Positions 1 to 9,117 of a DNA stretch of 33,226 bases are shown in pieces; positions within the stretch are counted from its first letter, which is position 1, and the number at the start of each line of letters is the position of its first letter. The notes under the pieces were generated by a model. That model was given only the letters and a program-made list of their open reading frames with translations. It was not told where the DNA came from and made no database searches. The DNA comes from a virus (lineage: Duplodnaviria > Caudoviricetes). The translations under genes and the position numbers were made by a program. The stretch lies in the IMG/VR virus record IMGVR_UViG_3300014208_000020, positions 1 to 33,226 of that record; one strand, written 5' to 3'.

Positions 1-98
1 AAAGATCCAATTCTTGACGCAATCAATCTTTTGAAAAGCAATGGATATAAAGTTTTTAAAGAAAAAGTCGAACTTGAAGAAGTTTAACTATTGACAAA
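1..98. repeat. 98-bp terminal direct repeat (left copy)
   Basis: 1-98 is identical to 33129-33226. Confidence 0.97.
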
Positions 99-119
99 AA
101 AAAGTTTTTAGAGTATAAT
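91..119 (+). promoter_or_regulatory. sigma70-type promoter, repeated cassette promoter
   Basis: TTGACA-17nt-TATAAT with conserved A-run/T-run/AGAG spacer. Confidence 0.9.
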
Positions 120-126
120 TAAAGAG

Positions 127-177
127 TAGTCGCACACAGCAACAAAAAATCAATTTTAATGAAACAAAATGCGACTA
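127..177 (+). ncRNA. ACAGCAA stem-loop RNA, copy 1
   Basis: TAGTCGCA/TGCGACTA stem, ACAGCAA at 136-142, inner TCA-ATTTTAA-TGA hairpin; starts 8 nt after the -10 box. Confidence 0.7.
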
Positions 178-197
178 GTTATTCAGTGAATTAAAAT

Positions 198-250
198 AAG
201 ACACTAACAGCAACAAAAAAACACTGCAAACGTTAAAACAAATGTATCTT
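198..250 (+). ncRNA. ACAGCAA stem-loop RNA, copy 2
   Basis: AAGACAC/GTATCTT stem (1 mismatch), ACAGCAA at 207-213, inner loop CTGCAAA. Confidence 0.65.
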
Positions 251-272
251 GCTTCAAAAAAAAGGAGAAATT

Positions 273-1814
273 ATGAACCCATTACTAAGGAATGTTCCAC
301 CAGCAGTTAATAAAATTACAAAAGAAAAAGTTGTTAAAGTGGCACACATAGAACTTCCAAAGAATCTACTTTTGAAAGAAATGACAAAAGATAGATACAA
401 AACAAAAACAGAAAACGGTGCTGATGCTTATTCAACAACTTTTTCCGCAAATCTTGATTTATTCGCCTCTGGCGGAGCAATGAGAAGCAAAACCACCATT
501 GAAAAAGAAAACATTTTTGCCAAGGCACTAAAAGAAGAACCACTTACTGCTTTAAAAAACATTTTTTATCTTCGGGATATTCGCGAAGGAAAAGGCGAAA
601 GAGAAGCATTTAAAGTTGCCTTGAAATATATGGCAGTACGTTATTCAGAACTTGTTTGGAAAAATATTGGATTAGTAAAAGAATATGGAAGATGGGACGA
701 TTTGTTTGTTCTTTTTGGAACACCGCTTGAAACTGTGATGATGAATACAATAAAAGATCAACTTCTTCTTGACGTAGAAGCAGAAAAACCTTCTTTGTTA
801 AATAAGTGGCTCCCATCAATAAATACATCCTCAAAAGTAAAAGTTGCTATGGCATATAAGTTTGCCAATTTCTTTGGAATAACCCCTCGCCAATATCGAA
901 AAATGTTGGTTGATTTGAGAAATAAAATTAACATTGTGGAAACTACAATGTCGAAAAACAATTGGAAGCAAATTGATTATTCGAAAGTTCCTTCAAAAGC
1001 ATCCTTGCTTTACAGGAAAGCATTTTACAAACACGACGAAATTGGATTTAATAAGTTTATTGAAGCTGTTAAATCCGGTGAAAAGAAAATAAATGTAAAA
1101 GATTTATTTGCTTCGGACATTGTAAATAAAGCTCTTCAATCAGACGGATCAGATGCAGAAATTCTTGATGTGATGTGGAAAAGTTTGCCAGATTTTACAA
1201 ATGGTAAAAGTGCTATTTGTATGATAGATACTTCTGGAAGTATGTTTGATGCTGATGTTGCTCACGTTGCTTTTGCTCTTGGTATTTATTTTGCAGAAAG
1301 AAGTTCTGGCCCCTTCAAGGATCACTACATTACTTTCAGTTCAGATGCCAAATTGGTAAAACTTGAAGGTGAAAATATTGCTCAAAAAGCAAGTTTTTTA
1401 AGAATGATGCAAATAAATGCTGCTAATACAAATGTGATTAGCGGGTTTAAAGCAATTCTTGATGCAGCAATTTCTGCTAATCTCGAACAGAAAGATTTAC
1501 CAGAAAGTGTAATCATAATTTCTGATATGGAATTTGATATTGCATCTTCTGGAAATAAGACACCGATGAAGCAAATAAAAACTATGTTTGATTTGGCTGG
1601 TTATGTTGCTCCTAAGTTGATTTTCTGGAATGTTTGTGCAAGAGGAAAACAATTTCCAGCAACATTTGACGAGAAAAATGTGAACTTGGTTTCTGGGTAT
1701 TCAACAAATATTTTTAAAAGTATTTGCAGTTTAGATGTAGTTCCAGAAGAAACTCCTTTGGAAGCAATGTTGCGAACTTTGAATGTAGAAAGGTATGAAG
1801 CAATAAAAGTTTAA
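273..1814 (+). CDS. TROVE/Ro60-like helical domain plus C-terminal vWA protein (DUF2828-like)
   Basis: RDIREGKGER, EYGRWDDL, KWLPS, MIDAS DTSGS, SDMEFD, IFWN motifs; SD AGGAG before ATG 273. Confidence 0.8.
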   Translation: MNPLLRNVPPAVNKITKEKVVKVAHIELPKNLLLKEMTKDRYKTKTENGADAYSTTFSANLDLFASGGAMRSKTTIEKENIFAKALKEEPLTALKNIFYLRDIREGKGEREAFKVALKYMAVRYSELVWKNIGLVKEYGRWDDLFVLFGTPLETVMMNTIKDQLLLDVEAEKPSLLNKWLPSINTSSKVKVAMAYKFANFFGITPRQYRKMLVDLRNKINIVETTMSKNNWKQIDYSKVPSKASLLYRKAFYKHDEIGFNKFIEAVKSGEKKINVKDLFASDIVNKALQSDGSDAEILDVMWKSLPDFTNGKSAICMIDTSGSMFDADVAHVAFALGIYFAERSSGPFKDHYITFSSDAKLVKLEGENIAQKASFLRMMQINAANTNVISGFKAILDAAISANLEQKDLPESVIIISDMEFDIASSGNKTPMKQIKTMFDLAGYVAPKLIFWNVCARGKQFPATFDEKNVNLVSGYSTNIFKSICSLDVVPEETPLEAMLRTLNVERYEAIKV

Positions 1815-1822
1815 TAAAATAT

Positions 1823-1877
1823 AAGGCACACACAGCAAACAAAATTTTAATATGGTTTTAAAAACAAAATGTGTCTT
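1823..1877 (+). ncRNA. ACAGCAA stem-loop RNA, copy 3
   Basis: AAGGCACA/TGTGTCTT stem, ACAGCAA at 1832-1838, inner TTTTAA-TATGGTT-TTAAAA hairpin. Confidence 0.7.
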
Positions 1878-1904
1878 GACAAAAAAAGTTTTTTAGAGTA
1901 TAAT
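1876..1904 (+). promoter_or_regulatory. repeated sigma70 promoter
   Basis: TTGACA-N17-TATAAT. Confidence 0.9.
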
Positions 1905-1923
1905 ATTTATACAGAGGAGAAAA

Positions 1924-3642
1924 ATGAAAGTAATTATTGTTGGAGATATCCACGGAAGAAATACATGGGAAAAATTAAGAGATAAAGCCGACAAGATTGT
2001 TTTTGTTGGAGATTATTTCGACACAAGAGATAATATCTCTGGTAAAAAACAACTTGATAATTTCATTAGTTTAACATCTTTTAAAAGAGGAAATAAAGAT
2101 AAAGTTATTCTTCTTCTTGGTAATCATTGCCACGGGGTAGGTACTGATATTTTAAGTTCGGATGGATGGATTCCTATAGAGGATGCTTATTTAAAAGCAA
2201 AAGATAACCTTCTAGCTCTAGCTCAGTTTGATATTAATTCTTTAAGTGTTTCTTTTAATAAACCAACAATGGCTTCTAAAGGGTATTCGGAGAAAATGAA
2301 GAGGGTTGAGAGTAGAAATATAAGTATGCTTGTAACTGACGGGCATGATTTAATTTATAAAGGTAAAAAAACTTCCGTAAAAGATTTGGAAAACATAGAG
2401 GTATTAAAAGAATCAGATTTTCCATTAACAGGAAACTCTAATACATCAATTGAGATAGAAGATTCTTGGATAAGATTACTAACTTGGATTATAATGGATG
2501 GGACAATTGTTCATGATAAAAAATATCTTAGTAAAAAGAGAATTCAATTTCATTTAGCCAAAAAAAGAAAAATAGAAGAATTAAAAAAACTTTTAGAAGA
2601 AATGAATATTCCATATACACTTAGAAAAGGAATAAAGAAAGAAAATAGATTACAAGATGTATATATTAATATTTATGGCCAGTATGCTAGAGATATTTGT
2701 ATAAAATTGGACAACAAAAAACAAATTCCAAAAGATTGGGCATTTTTTAGTAAAAGTCAACTTGTCATATTTTTAGATACATTAATACAAACTGATGGTT
2801 ATTTAAGAAAAAATGAAAGAAACCAATCTACTATTTTATGGGCAACAATAACTAAAAATGATATAGATATAGTGTCTCAAATGTGTATTAAAAATAATTA
2901 CATCTTTAGATATAAAGAGAAAATTAACGCCTCTGGATTTAAAAACGGAAAATTACAATATCAAGCAAAAATACAAGAGAACAAAAAAGTAAGAGGGGAT
3001 TTTGTAAAGATTAAAACAGTAGAATACTCTGGAAATACTTATTGCTTTACAATGCCACTTGGAACTTTAATAACAAGATATAATGGTAAAATAGCTTTTG
3101 CTGGAAATTGTTATCAGTATTTAAAAGGCGTCGATGAAACATATTCTGGTTATCAACCAGTTTTTCATCATGATATTAGAGAAGCACTAGAATATGCCTT
3201 AAAAGAAAATTTGATAGAAATTTGCTACGAGTTTAGCAATAATAAAGAAAAGTTTTTAGTTTCTCATGCAGGAGTTTCACCTGTTTGGCTTAAAAACAAA
3301 ATAACAAGAGATGAGAATGTTTCTATTAGTAAACAAATTAATGACTTGTTCTTAATAAACAGAGATGTCTTTTCTTTTTATCAAGAAGAAATAAAATATG
3401 GGAATAGAAGTTCCTATGGAGAAAACGAAGAACAATCTCCTATTTGGATAAGAGAAGCAAGTTTAAATTGGAGTTTATTAAGGGATTTAGAAATTCGTAA
3501 TTATAAACAAATCATTGGCCATACGATGGTTGATAAAATAAATATTGATGAATATCCCTGTTTTATCAAAATTGATTCCATTCATAATAATGAATATCTC
3601 ATTGTTAATGATGATAATATTGAAGTTGGAAAAATAATATAA
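1924..3642 (+). CDS. calcineurin-like metallophosphoesterase interrupted by an intein
   Basis: GDIHG, GDYFD, GNH, SHAG, GHT motifs. Confidence 0.88.
   Translation: MKVIIVGDIHGRNTWEKLRDKADKIVFVGDYFDTRDNISGKKQLDNFISLTSFKRGNKDKVILLLGNHCHGVGTDILSSDGWIPIEDAYLKAKDNLLALAQFDINSLSVSFNKPTMASKGYSEKMKRVESRNISMLVTDGHDLIYKGKKTSVKDLENIEVLKESDFPLTGNSNTSIEIEDSWIRLLTWIIMDGTIVHDKKYLSKKRIQFHLAKKRKIEELKKLLEEMNIPYTLRKGIKKENRLQDVYINIYGQYARDICIKLDNKKQIPKDWAFFSKSQLVIFLDTLIQTDGYLRKNERNQSTILWATITKNDIDIVSQMCIKNNYIFRYKEKINASGFKNGKLQYQAKIQENKKVRGDFVKIKTVEYSGNTYCFTMPLGTLITRYNGKIAFAGNCYQYLKGVDETYSGYQPVFHHDIREALEYALKENLIEICYEFSNNKEKFLVSHAGVSPVWLKNKITRDENVSISKQINDLFLINRDVFSFYQEEIKYGNRSSYGENEEQSPIWIREASLNWSLLRDLEIRNYKQIIGHTMVDKINIDEYPCFIKIDSIHNNEYLIVNDDNIEVGKII
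2128..3108 (+). mobile_element. intein (327 aa) with LAGLIDADG endonuclease
   Basis: starts CHGVGTDILSSDGW, block B VTDGH, LLTWIIMDG and FLDTLIQTDG, ends YCFTMPLG...IAFAGN followed by C+1. Confidence 0.9.
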
Positions 3643-3661
3643 TTTTTTAAAGGAGAGATGA

Positions 3662-4453
3662 ATGATAAAAACACATCTTATGATAATTGATCCCCAGAAT
3701 GACTTCACAAACCCAAAAGGTTCGTTGTTTGTTAATGGGGCAGTAGAAGATATGAGCAGGTTGGCTGCTTTTATTTCAAAGAATAAAACAAAGTTTTATG
3801 ATATTCACACTACGTTGGATAGTCACCACAAACTTCAAGTTTTCCACCCAATGTTTTGGAGAGATAAGGATGGGAAAGAACCAAACCCATTTACCAGAAT
3901 CACAGAAGATGACATCACAAAAGGAATTTGGAACACACGTATTCCTTCAATGAGAGAAAGAGCTTTGAATTATGTTAAAACCTTGAATGCTGGTAATCGT
4001 TATCAGCTTATTATTTGGCCGGAACATTGCCTCATTGGTTCTTGGGGAACACAGGTTAATGATGAGGTTTTTAAAGCTTTGATGGAATGGGAAAGTGCAA
4101 CAACTGGAATGGTTGATTTTGTTACGAAAGGTTCTAATATCGGAACAGAACACTATTCCGCAGTAAGAGCAGAAGTGATTGATCCGGCTGACCCAACCAC
4201 TCAGCTCAACCAGGGATTAATTGATATTAGTCAAGATTCTGACGTTGTTCTTGTTGCTGGTGAAGCTCTTGATTATTGTGTGTATAATACCATCAAGGAC
4301 ATTGCTTCTGCATTTGGTCTGGAAAACACAAAGAAGATTAAAATCCTTCGTGATTGCACTTCTTCTATTGATCCTTCTGCCACGGCAAAAATTGAAGATG
4401 AATTTTCCAAAATGGGAATTCAGTTCGTAGATACCTCTTGGTTTGATAAGTAA
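3662..4453 (+). CDS. nicotinamidase/isochorismatase-family cysteine hydrolase (PncA-like)
   Basis: IIDPQNDF, DSH, WPEHC, KG, GEALDYCV. Confidence 0.85.
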   Translation: MIKTHLMIIDPQNDFTNPKGSLFVNGAVEDMSRLAAFISKNKTKFYDIHTTLDSHHKLQVFHPMFWRDKDGKEPNPFTRITEDDITKGIWNTRIPSMRERALNYVKTLNAGNRYQLIIWPEHCLIGSWGTQVNDEVFKALMEWESATTGMVDFVTKGSNIGTEHYSAVRAEVIDPADPTTQLNQGLIDISQDSDVVLVAGEALDYCVYNTIKDIASAFGLENTKKIKILRDCTSSIDPSATAKIEDEFSKMGIQFVDTSWFDK

Positions 4454-4464
4454 AGGAGAATGAA

Positions 4465-5196
4465 ATGAGATTCGATCTTGATAAAGGCGATATTACCACA
4501 TCTGTAATTCCCGGTTCCAGTTTTAAATATTCTGCCGTAAAAGCAGACAAACTTGGGGCTGTTGAACAGACCCTTGCCACAATTGCCATTGATACTTCTG
4601 GTTCAATGTCTCAACATGAAGGAAAACTCCTTACGATGCTCAACACAATTGTTGATGCTTGTAAGAAATCACCGCGAAGGGAGAATATGATTGTTCGCGT
4701 TCTCACTTTTGATGATAAAGTTTCTGAAATTCACGGGTTTATTCCCCTTAATTCCATTGTTCAATATCAGCAAAGCGATCTTCATTGTAAAGGAATGACG
4801 ACTCTCTATGATGCCACTTTGAATGCTGTTGCCGCTACAAGATTGTATGGAGAAGATCTTGTTAAACAAGATTATGATGTTAATGGAATTGTTTTCATTG
4901 CTACTGATGGAGCAGATAACAAATCTTCTTACACTCCTGGTAAAATTGCCTCAGAAATTGAAGATATTTCTAAATCAGAAACGATTGGAGACATAACAAC
5001 AATTTTGATTGATATGTCTCCATCTTCTCTTGAAACATTCAAGGTGGATGCCAAACTTTCGAGTCGTATTGAATTTGGAGATATCACCTCTGGGAAATTG
5101 GCAAAACTTGCTAATTTTGTTAGTAAAAGTATTAGTTCTTCAAGCCAAGCTTTGGCAACAGGAACTTCTGTTGTTATTGCCGCCCCCACTTTTTAA
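4465..5196 (+). CDS. vWA-domain protein (TerY-like)
   Basis: MIDAS DTSGS, GMTTLYDA, FIATDGADN. Confidence 0.85.
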   Translation: MRFDLDKGDITTSVIPGSSFKYSAVKADKLGAVEQTLATIAIDTSGSMSQHEGKLLTMLNTIVDACKKSPRRENMIVRVLTFDDKVSEIHGFIPLNSIVQYQQSDLHCKGMTTLYDATLNAVAATRLYGEDLVKQDYDVNGIVFIATDGADNKSSYTPGKIASEIEDISKSETIGDITTILIDMSPSSLETFKVDAKLSSRIEFGDITSGKLAKLANFVSKSISSSSQALATGTSVVIAAPTF

Positions 5197-5268
5197 TTAA
5201 AGTATCCCTGCTGTGATGATACAGTTTATCAAGAGTCATTTTTTGACAGGGATGTAAAGGAAATAAAA

Positions 5269-6066
5269 ATGTTAGACATAGTTTTAAAAAAAAGTGACAG
5301 CCACAACATTCAAGATTCTGGTCTTGTTGAGATAGTAAAAATAGGAAACGTTGAAATTCCAACTATGGTTATTTCTGATGGTTGTAGTTCTGGAATAAAT
5401 ACTGAATTTGGTTCTATGTTAATTTCTCTTTCTTTTATGAGTGTAATGAAAGAAAATTCTGATATACTTGATTTTAAAAATCCAGCATTAATTTATGAAA
5501 AATTTCTTAGGAAGTTTTCATATTCCTGTCTGTCTTTAAAGATAGAAGTTGATATGGCACTTGCTACATTAAATGCTGTGTATGTTTTTGAAGGAAAAAT
5601 TTATCATATTATGGCTGGTGACGGTTTTTTATTCTACAAGAAAAAAGAAGAAGTTTTTTATTATAGACATTTCTTTGAAAGTAATGCCCCCTATTATCCT
5701 GCATATAAAATTTTTAACAAAGAAAAAGAATATGAACAATCATTTGAAAAAAACAACAGAATTATTGAGAGGACTGCATATATAACAGGTGATGTCGTTG
5801 ATAGTCATCATTGGGGTAAAAACGTTCACATTCGAGAGCATAATATTGATGACATTTCTTATCTTGGAATTTCAAGTGATGGAATAGAATCATTTCAAAA
5901 TAACGGAAATTCATTTGATTATTATGAAATTTGTAAAGAAATGTGTGATATAAAAAATAGCACTGGATCTTTTGTTCAAAGAACCTTTAATAGAGTTAAT
6001 AAAAATTTAACAAAATTAGAGTATTCAAATTATGATGATGTCAGTATCGCAATGATGATACTTTAA
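5269..6066 (+). CDS. PP2C-like protein phosphatase
   Basis: QD, ISDGCSS, AGDG, SSDG, DDVS motifs. Confidence 0.82.
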   Translation: MLDIVLKKSDSHNIQDSGLVEIVKIGNVEIPTMVISDGCSSGINTEFGSMLISLSFMSVMKENSDILDFKNPALIYEKFLRKFSYSCLSLKIEVDMALATLNAVYVFEGKIYHIMAGDGFLFYKKKEEVFYYRHFFESNAPYYPAYKIFNKEKEYEQSFEKNNRIIERTAYITGDVVDSHHWGKNVHIREHNIDDISYLGISSDGIESFQNNGNSFDYYEICKEMCDIKNSTGSFVQRTFNRVNKNLTKLEYSNYDDVSIAMMIL

Positions 6067-6076
6067 AGGATTTTTT

Positions 6077-7747
6077 ATGTTAAAAATAATTTATAAAGGA
6101 ATTGAAACCACTCTTAGAGATAGTGAATTTCTAACAAGTGGTGGACAAGGAGATATTTATCTTAAAAATGGTTTGATTTTTAAGATATATAACACGGCAA
6201 CATCAAATGAAACTTTTGAAAAACTAAAAGAATTAATGATTCTTGATAAACAAAACATTATCAAACCAATTGATTTGGTTTTTGATATAAAATCTCGTCC
6301 AATTGGATATACTATGTCTTATGTTGACGGGGCAGAAAGTTTACCTCTCCTTTTTACTTCGAGTTTTATCACTAGAAACAACATAGATTTAAAAATGACA
6401 AAAGAACTCATTAAAAATATGGCCGAAACAATTGAATTTATTCACGGAAAAGATATTCTTCTTGTTGACGGAAATGAATTAAACTATTTAGTAGATAAGA
6501 AAACTTTTACAAAACCATATTTTCTTGATGTTGATTCTTATCAAACAAAAAGATTTCCAGCTACTGTCATTATGCCAAGTATTAGAGATTTTAAATCTAA
6601 AACTTTTAATAAAGAAACTGATTGGTATTCTTTTGGTGTGATTTCTTTTCAACTTTGGACAGGTATTCACCCCTACAAAGGGAAACATCAATCCTTCAAA
6701 AACATTGAAGAAAGATGTAAGAATAACATTAGCGTTTTTAATAAAGATGTTAGTTATCCAAATTCGGTAAGAGATTTTAAAAATATTCCAAAAGGATATC
6801 TTGAATGGTATGAAAATGTTTTTGAAAAAGGAATGAGAATACCACCTCCATCAATTGATGACGTTGTTCAAGTTCGTATTATTAAAAATATTAATCCTGC
6901 CGATTTTATTATTAATCTGGAACACATTTTTGAAGAAAGTGAAGTAATTAAATCTGTTAAATATATTAATGGAAATTTTATTATTACTACTGACAAAAGT
7001 ATTTGGCTTAATAAAAGAAAATTTCCAAAAGAGAAAGGAAGCGAAATTGTTTACACTCAAGAAGGAATGTATGAAGTTTTTGTTGTTGGTAAAAAACTTC
7101 ATCTAAAAAATATTACCAAACAAATAACAGAAATTGATACTTCTAAGTTAGTAGATAGATTTTTTGTTATTGACGGAAGATTATATATAATCTATGAAAG
7201 TGTTTTAATGGAACTAGAGATTAGAAAAATTGGAGAAAATATTCATTCGGTTGTTAAGTTTTCTCAGCAAATATCTCCCACTTCTATGAAAATTTTTAGT
7301 AATGTTATTTATGCTGATTTGCTTGGTAAATCTTTTTTCTATATACCATTTGAAAGCGGTAAAATGAATGTTTTTAAATTTTCCATTCTTGATAGATGCA
7401 AAATTCATGACGCAAAATTTGAAAATGGAATGCTAACTGTTTGTGCTACTGATCTGAAAGGAGAAACGGGAATTTATAGAATAAGACCAGATAAAGATTA
7501 TCAATATTTTGAAACAGATATTCAAGAAATTAATTCCACAACCCTTTCTAATGGTGTAAATGTTTTATTTGATACCGCAAAAGATGAGATTTATGTTATG
7601 AATGTTAATGATAAGCAAACAGGGTTTTCTATTCAGCAAAGAATTATTAATAATGTTAATCTTCCAGATTCCTCTCAGCTGATAAATAATGGAACAGCAG
7701 TTTTGTTTTTTCACAAAAATATGTTAAATAATCTTAAGATGAAGTAA
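6077..7747 (+). CDS. Ser/Thr protein kinase-like, with beta-rich C-terminal region
   Basis: SGGQGDIY, FKIY, DGNELN, LDVDS, DWYSFG, GIHPY. Confidence 0.82.
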   Translation: MLKIIYKGIETTLRDSEFLTSGGQGDIYLKNGLIFKIYNTATSNETFEKLKELMILDKQNIIKPIDLVFDIKSRPIGYTMSYVDGAESLPLLFTSSFITRNNIDLKMTKELIKNMAETIEFIHGKDILLVDGNELNYLVDKKTFTKPYFLDVDSYQTKRFPATVIMPSIRDFKSKTFNKETDWYSFGVISFQLWTGIHPYKGKHQSFKNIEERCKNNISVFNKDVSYPNSVRDFKNIPKGYLEWYENVFEKGMRIPPPSIDDVVQVRIIKNINPADFIINLEHIFEESEVIKSVKYINGNFIITTDKSIWLNKRKFPKEKGSEIVYTQEGMYEVFVVGKKLHLKNITKQITEIDTSKLVDRFFVIDGRLYIIYESVLMELEIRKIGENIHSVVKFSQQISPTSMKIFSNVIYADLLGKSFFYIPFESGKMNVFKFSILDRCKIHDAKFENGMLTVCATDLKGETGIYRIRPDKDYQYFETDIQEINSTTLSNGVNVLFDTAKDEIYVMNVNDKQTGFSIQQRIINNVNLPDSSQLINNGTAVLFFHKNMLNNLKMK

Positions 7748-7763
7748 AAAAAGGAGAACAAGT

Positions 7764-7874
7764 ATGTTTAAGAAAATTAGGGTTGCTTTTTATGGGTTTA
7801 GGTATCGAAATATTCTCAAGATTTTGAATAAAATCAGAGAAGAAAAAGGTTTATCAAAAGTTATTTTTGAATAA
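7764..7874 (+). CDS. small hypothetical protein (36 aa)
   Basis: AGGAG SD plus ATG; ends SKVIFE. Confidence 0.45.
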   Translation: MFKKIRVAFYGFRYRNILKILNKIREEKGLSKVIFE

Positions 7875-7883
7875 AGGGAAAAA

Positions 7884-8000
7884 ATGGAAAAAATAATTAT
7901 GACTATCGAGGACGGGATAGGAAGCACAGAAGAACTTTTGAAGATTATTGAAGAACAAGCAAATGAAGCAATAGAAACGACAATTTGTGATAATGAATAA
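7884..8000 (+). CDS. small acidic hypothetical protein (38 aa)
   Basis: AGGGA SD plus ATG, same frame as preceding ORF. Confidence 0.4.
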   Translation: MEKIIMTIEDGIGSTEELLKIIEEQANEAIETTICDNE

Positions 8001-8002
8001 TA

Positions 8003-8031
8003 TTGACAAAAAAAAATTTTTAGTGTATAAT
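8003..8031 (+). promoter_or_regulatory. repeated sigma70 promoter
   Basis: TTGACA-N17-TATAAT. Confidence 0.9.
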
Positions 8032-8037
8032 TAGAGA

Positions 8038-8358
8038 GTGGAGAAAATAGTGATAAATAAAAAAACATTAGATGCTTTTTTGTCAGGTAAATTTGGTAAA
8101 ATATTTAAAAGAGATTATCTTGAAAATATGGAATTGTTTCGATTAAAAAATAATGCTCCTGGTGCTTCTATAAATATTCCTTTTCACGTTGATGGGGAAC
8201 TTGAAGATAATGAAGCCACTATCGTAGTAAGCATTAAAATATGCAACAAAGAGGAATACGAAAAAGGAAATCCTCGGGAAACAAAAATGTTTTCTATCAA
8301 TAACTCATTTAATGATGAGTTATCGAAAACAGTTTTGGATATGATGGGGGAAGTATAA
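8038..8358 (+). CDS. hypothetical protein (start may be GTG 8050)
   Basis: ORF directly after promoter. Confidence 0.65.
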   Translation: MEKIVINKKTLDAFLSGKFGKIFKRDYLENMELFRLKNNAPGASINIPFHVDGELEDNEATIVVSIKICNKEEYEKGNPRETKMFSINNSFNDELSKTVLDMMGEV

Positions 8359-8359
8359 A

Positions 8360-8542
8360 ATGGAAATAAAACAAATTGACATTAATGATAATGACACTCT
8401 TGCTATTAGTATTATAGAAAATTTGAGAATGAATAATATGTTTGTTCAAAATAAAAAAGAAAAAAGCAATTGGATTATTCTTGGAATGTTTAATGATTTT
8501 AATCATTTTGTTGAATATAAAAAAAGTTTTAATTTAAAATAA
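8360..8542 (+). CDS. hypothetical protein
   Basis: coupled ORF with SD. Confidence 0.55.
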   Translation: MEIKQIDINDNDTLAISIIENLRMNNMFVQNKKEKSNWIILGMFNDFNHFVEYKKSFNLK

Positions 8543-8688
8543 GTTTCTCTTTTTATAGAGAAATTATAGTGGCGGTTTAAATAGTTTTCCTATTTATCAT
8601 TAATGATATTAAAATTAAAAAACTATTAGGAATGTGATCCTAAATAAAATCATAAGGTTCGACTTTAACCTTAAAAAGTATAAGTGGC

Positions 8689-8721
8689 ATCCCCCTTCTT
8701 ACTAATGTGGGGATTTTTTTT
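8689..8721 (+). terminator. possible intrinsic terminator
   Basis: ATCCCC...GGGGAT followed by T-run. Confidence 0.45.
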
Positions 8722-8731
8722 AGAGGTAAAC

Positions 8732-8977
8732 ATGAAATTTAAAGTTAATGACGAAATAATAGCAATAAAACCTTGCGATGGAAATGATGATTTAATTGGC
8801 ATAACTGGAAAAATTTTTGAAATAAGACCAGAGGAAGAACTTTCGTGTGGCGTTTATTTTGAAAGATTAGGAATTAATGGGGAAAACTATAGATATTGTT
8901 GGTGGTGCGAAGAAGATAGTTTATCTCTTTCTAAATGTATAAAAAACAAACAACTTTTATTTGATTTTGAAGAATAA
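8732..8977 (+). CDS. small protein with C-terminal tag variant (KQLLFDFEE)
   Basis: GAGG SD, N-terminus MKFKVND. Confidence 0.75.
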   Translation: MKFKVNDEIIAIKPCDGNDDLIGITGKIFEIRPEEELSCGVYFERLGINGENYRYCWWCEEDSLSLSKCIKNKQLLFDFEE

Positions 8978-8983
8978 AAAAAT

Positions 8984-9055
8984 TGGGATATCATATAATG
9001 GTTATTATCGAAAATTTTGAATTTTCTAATTTTGGTTCGATTCCAAATATCCCAG
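8984..9055 (+). tRNA. tRNA-Gln(TTG), very AT-rich
   Basis: TGGGATA/TATCCCA acceptor, GAAAA-TTTTGAA-TTTTC arm, GGTTCGATTCC. Confidence 0.8.
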
Positions 9056-9061
9056 AAGTTA

Positions 9062-9090
9062 TTGACAAAAAAAATTTTTTAGAGTATAAT
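9062..9090 (+). promoter_or_regulatory. repeated sigma70 promoter
   Basis: TTGACA-N17-TATAAT; leader nearly identical to the one at 10146. Confidence 0.9.
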
Positions 9091-9117
9091 TAGTGTATGA
9101 TATTAAGGGAGAATAAA

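Noticed and set aside
5204-5252. Structured element between the vWA and PP2C genes
   Set aside because: ATCCCTG/CAGGGAT stem is present but has no U-tract, second copy or known motif.
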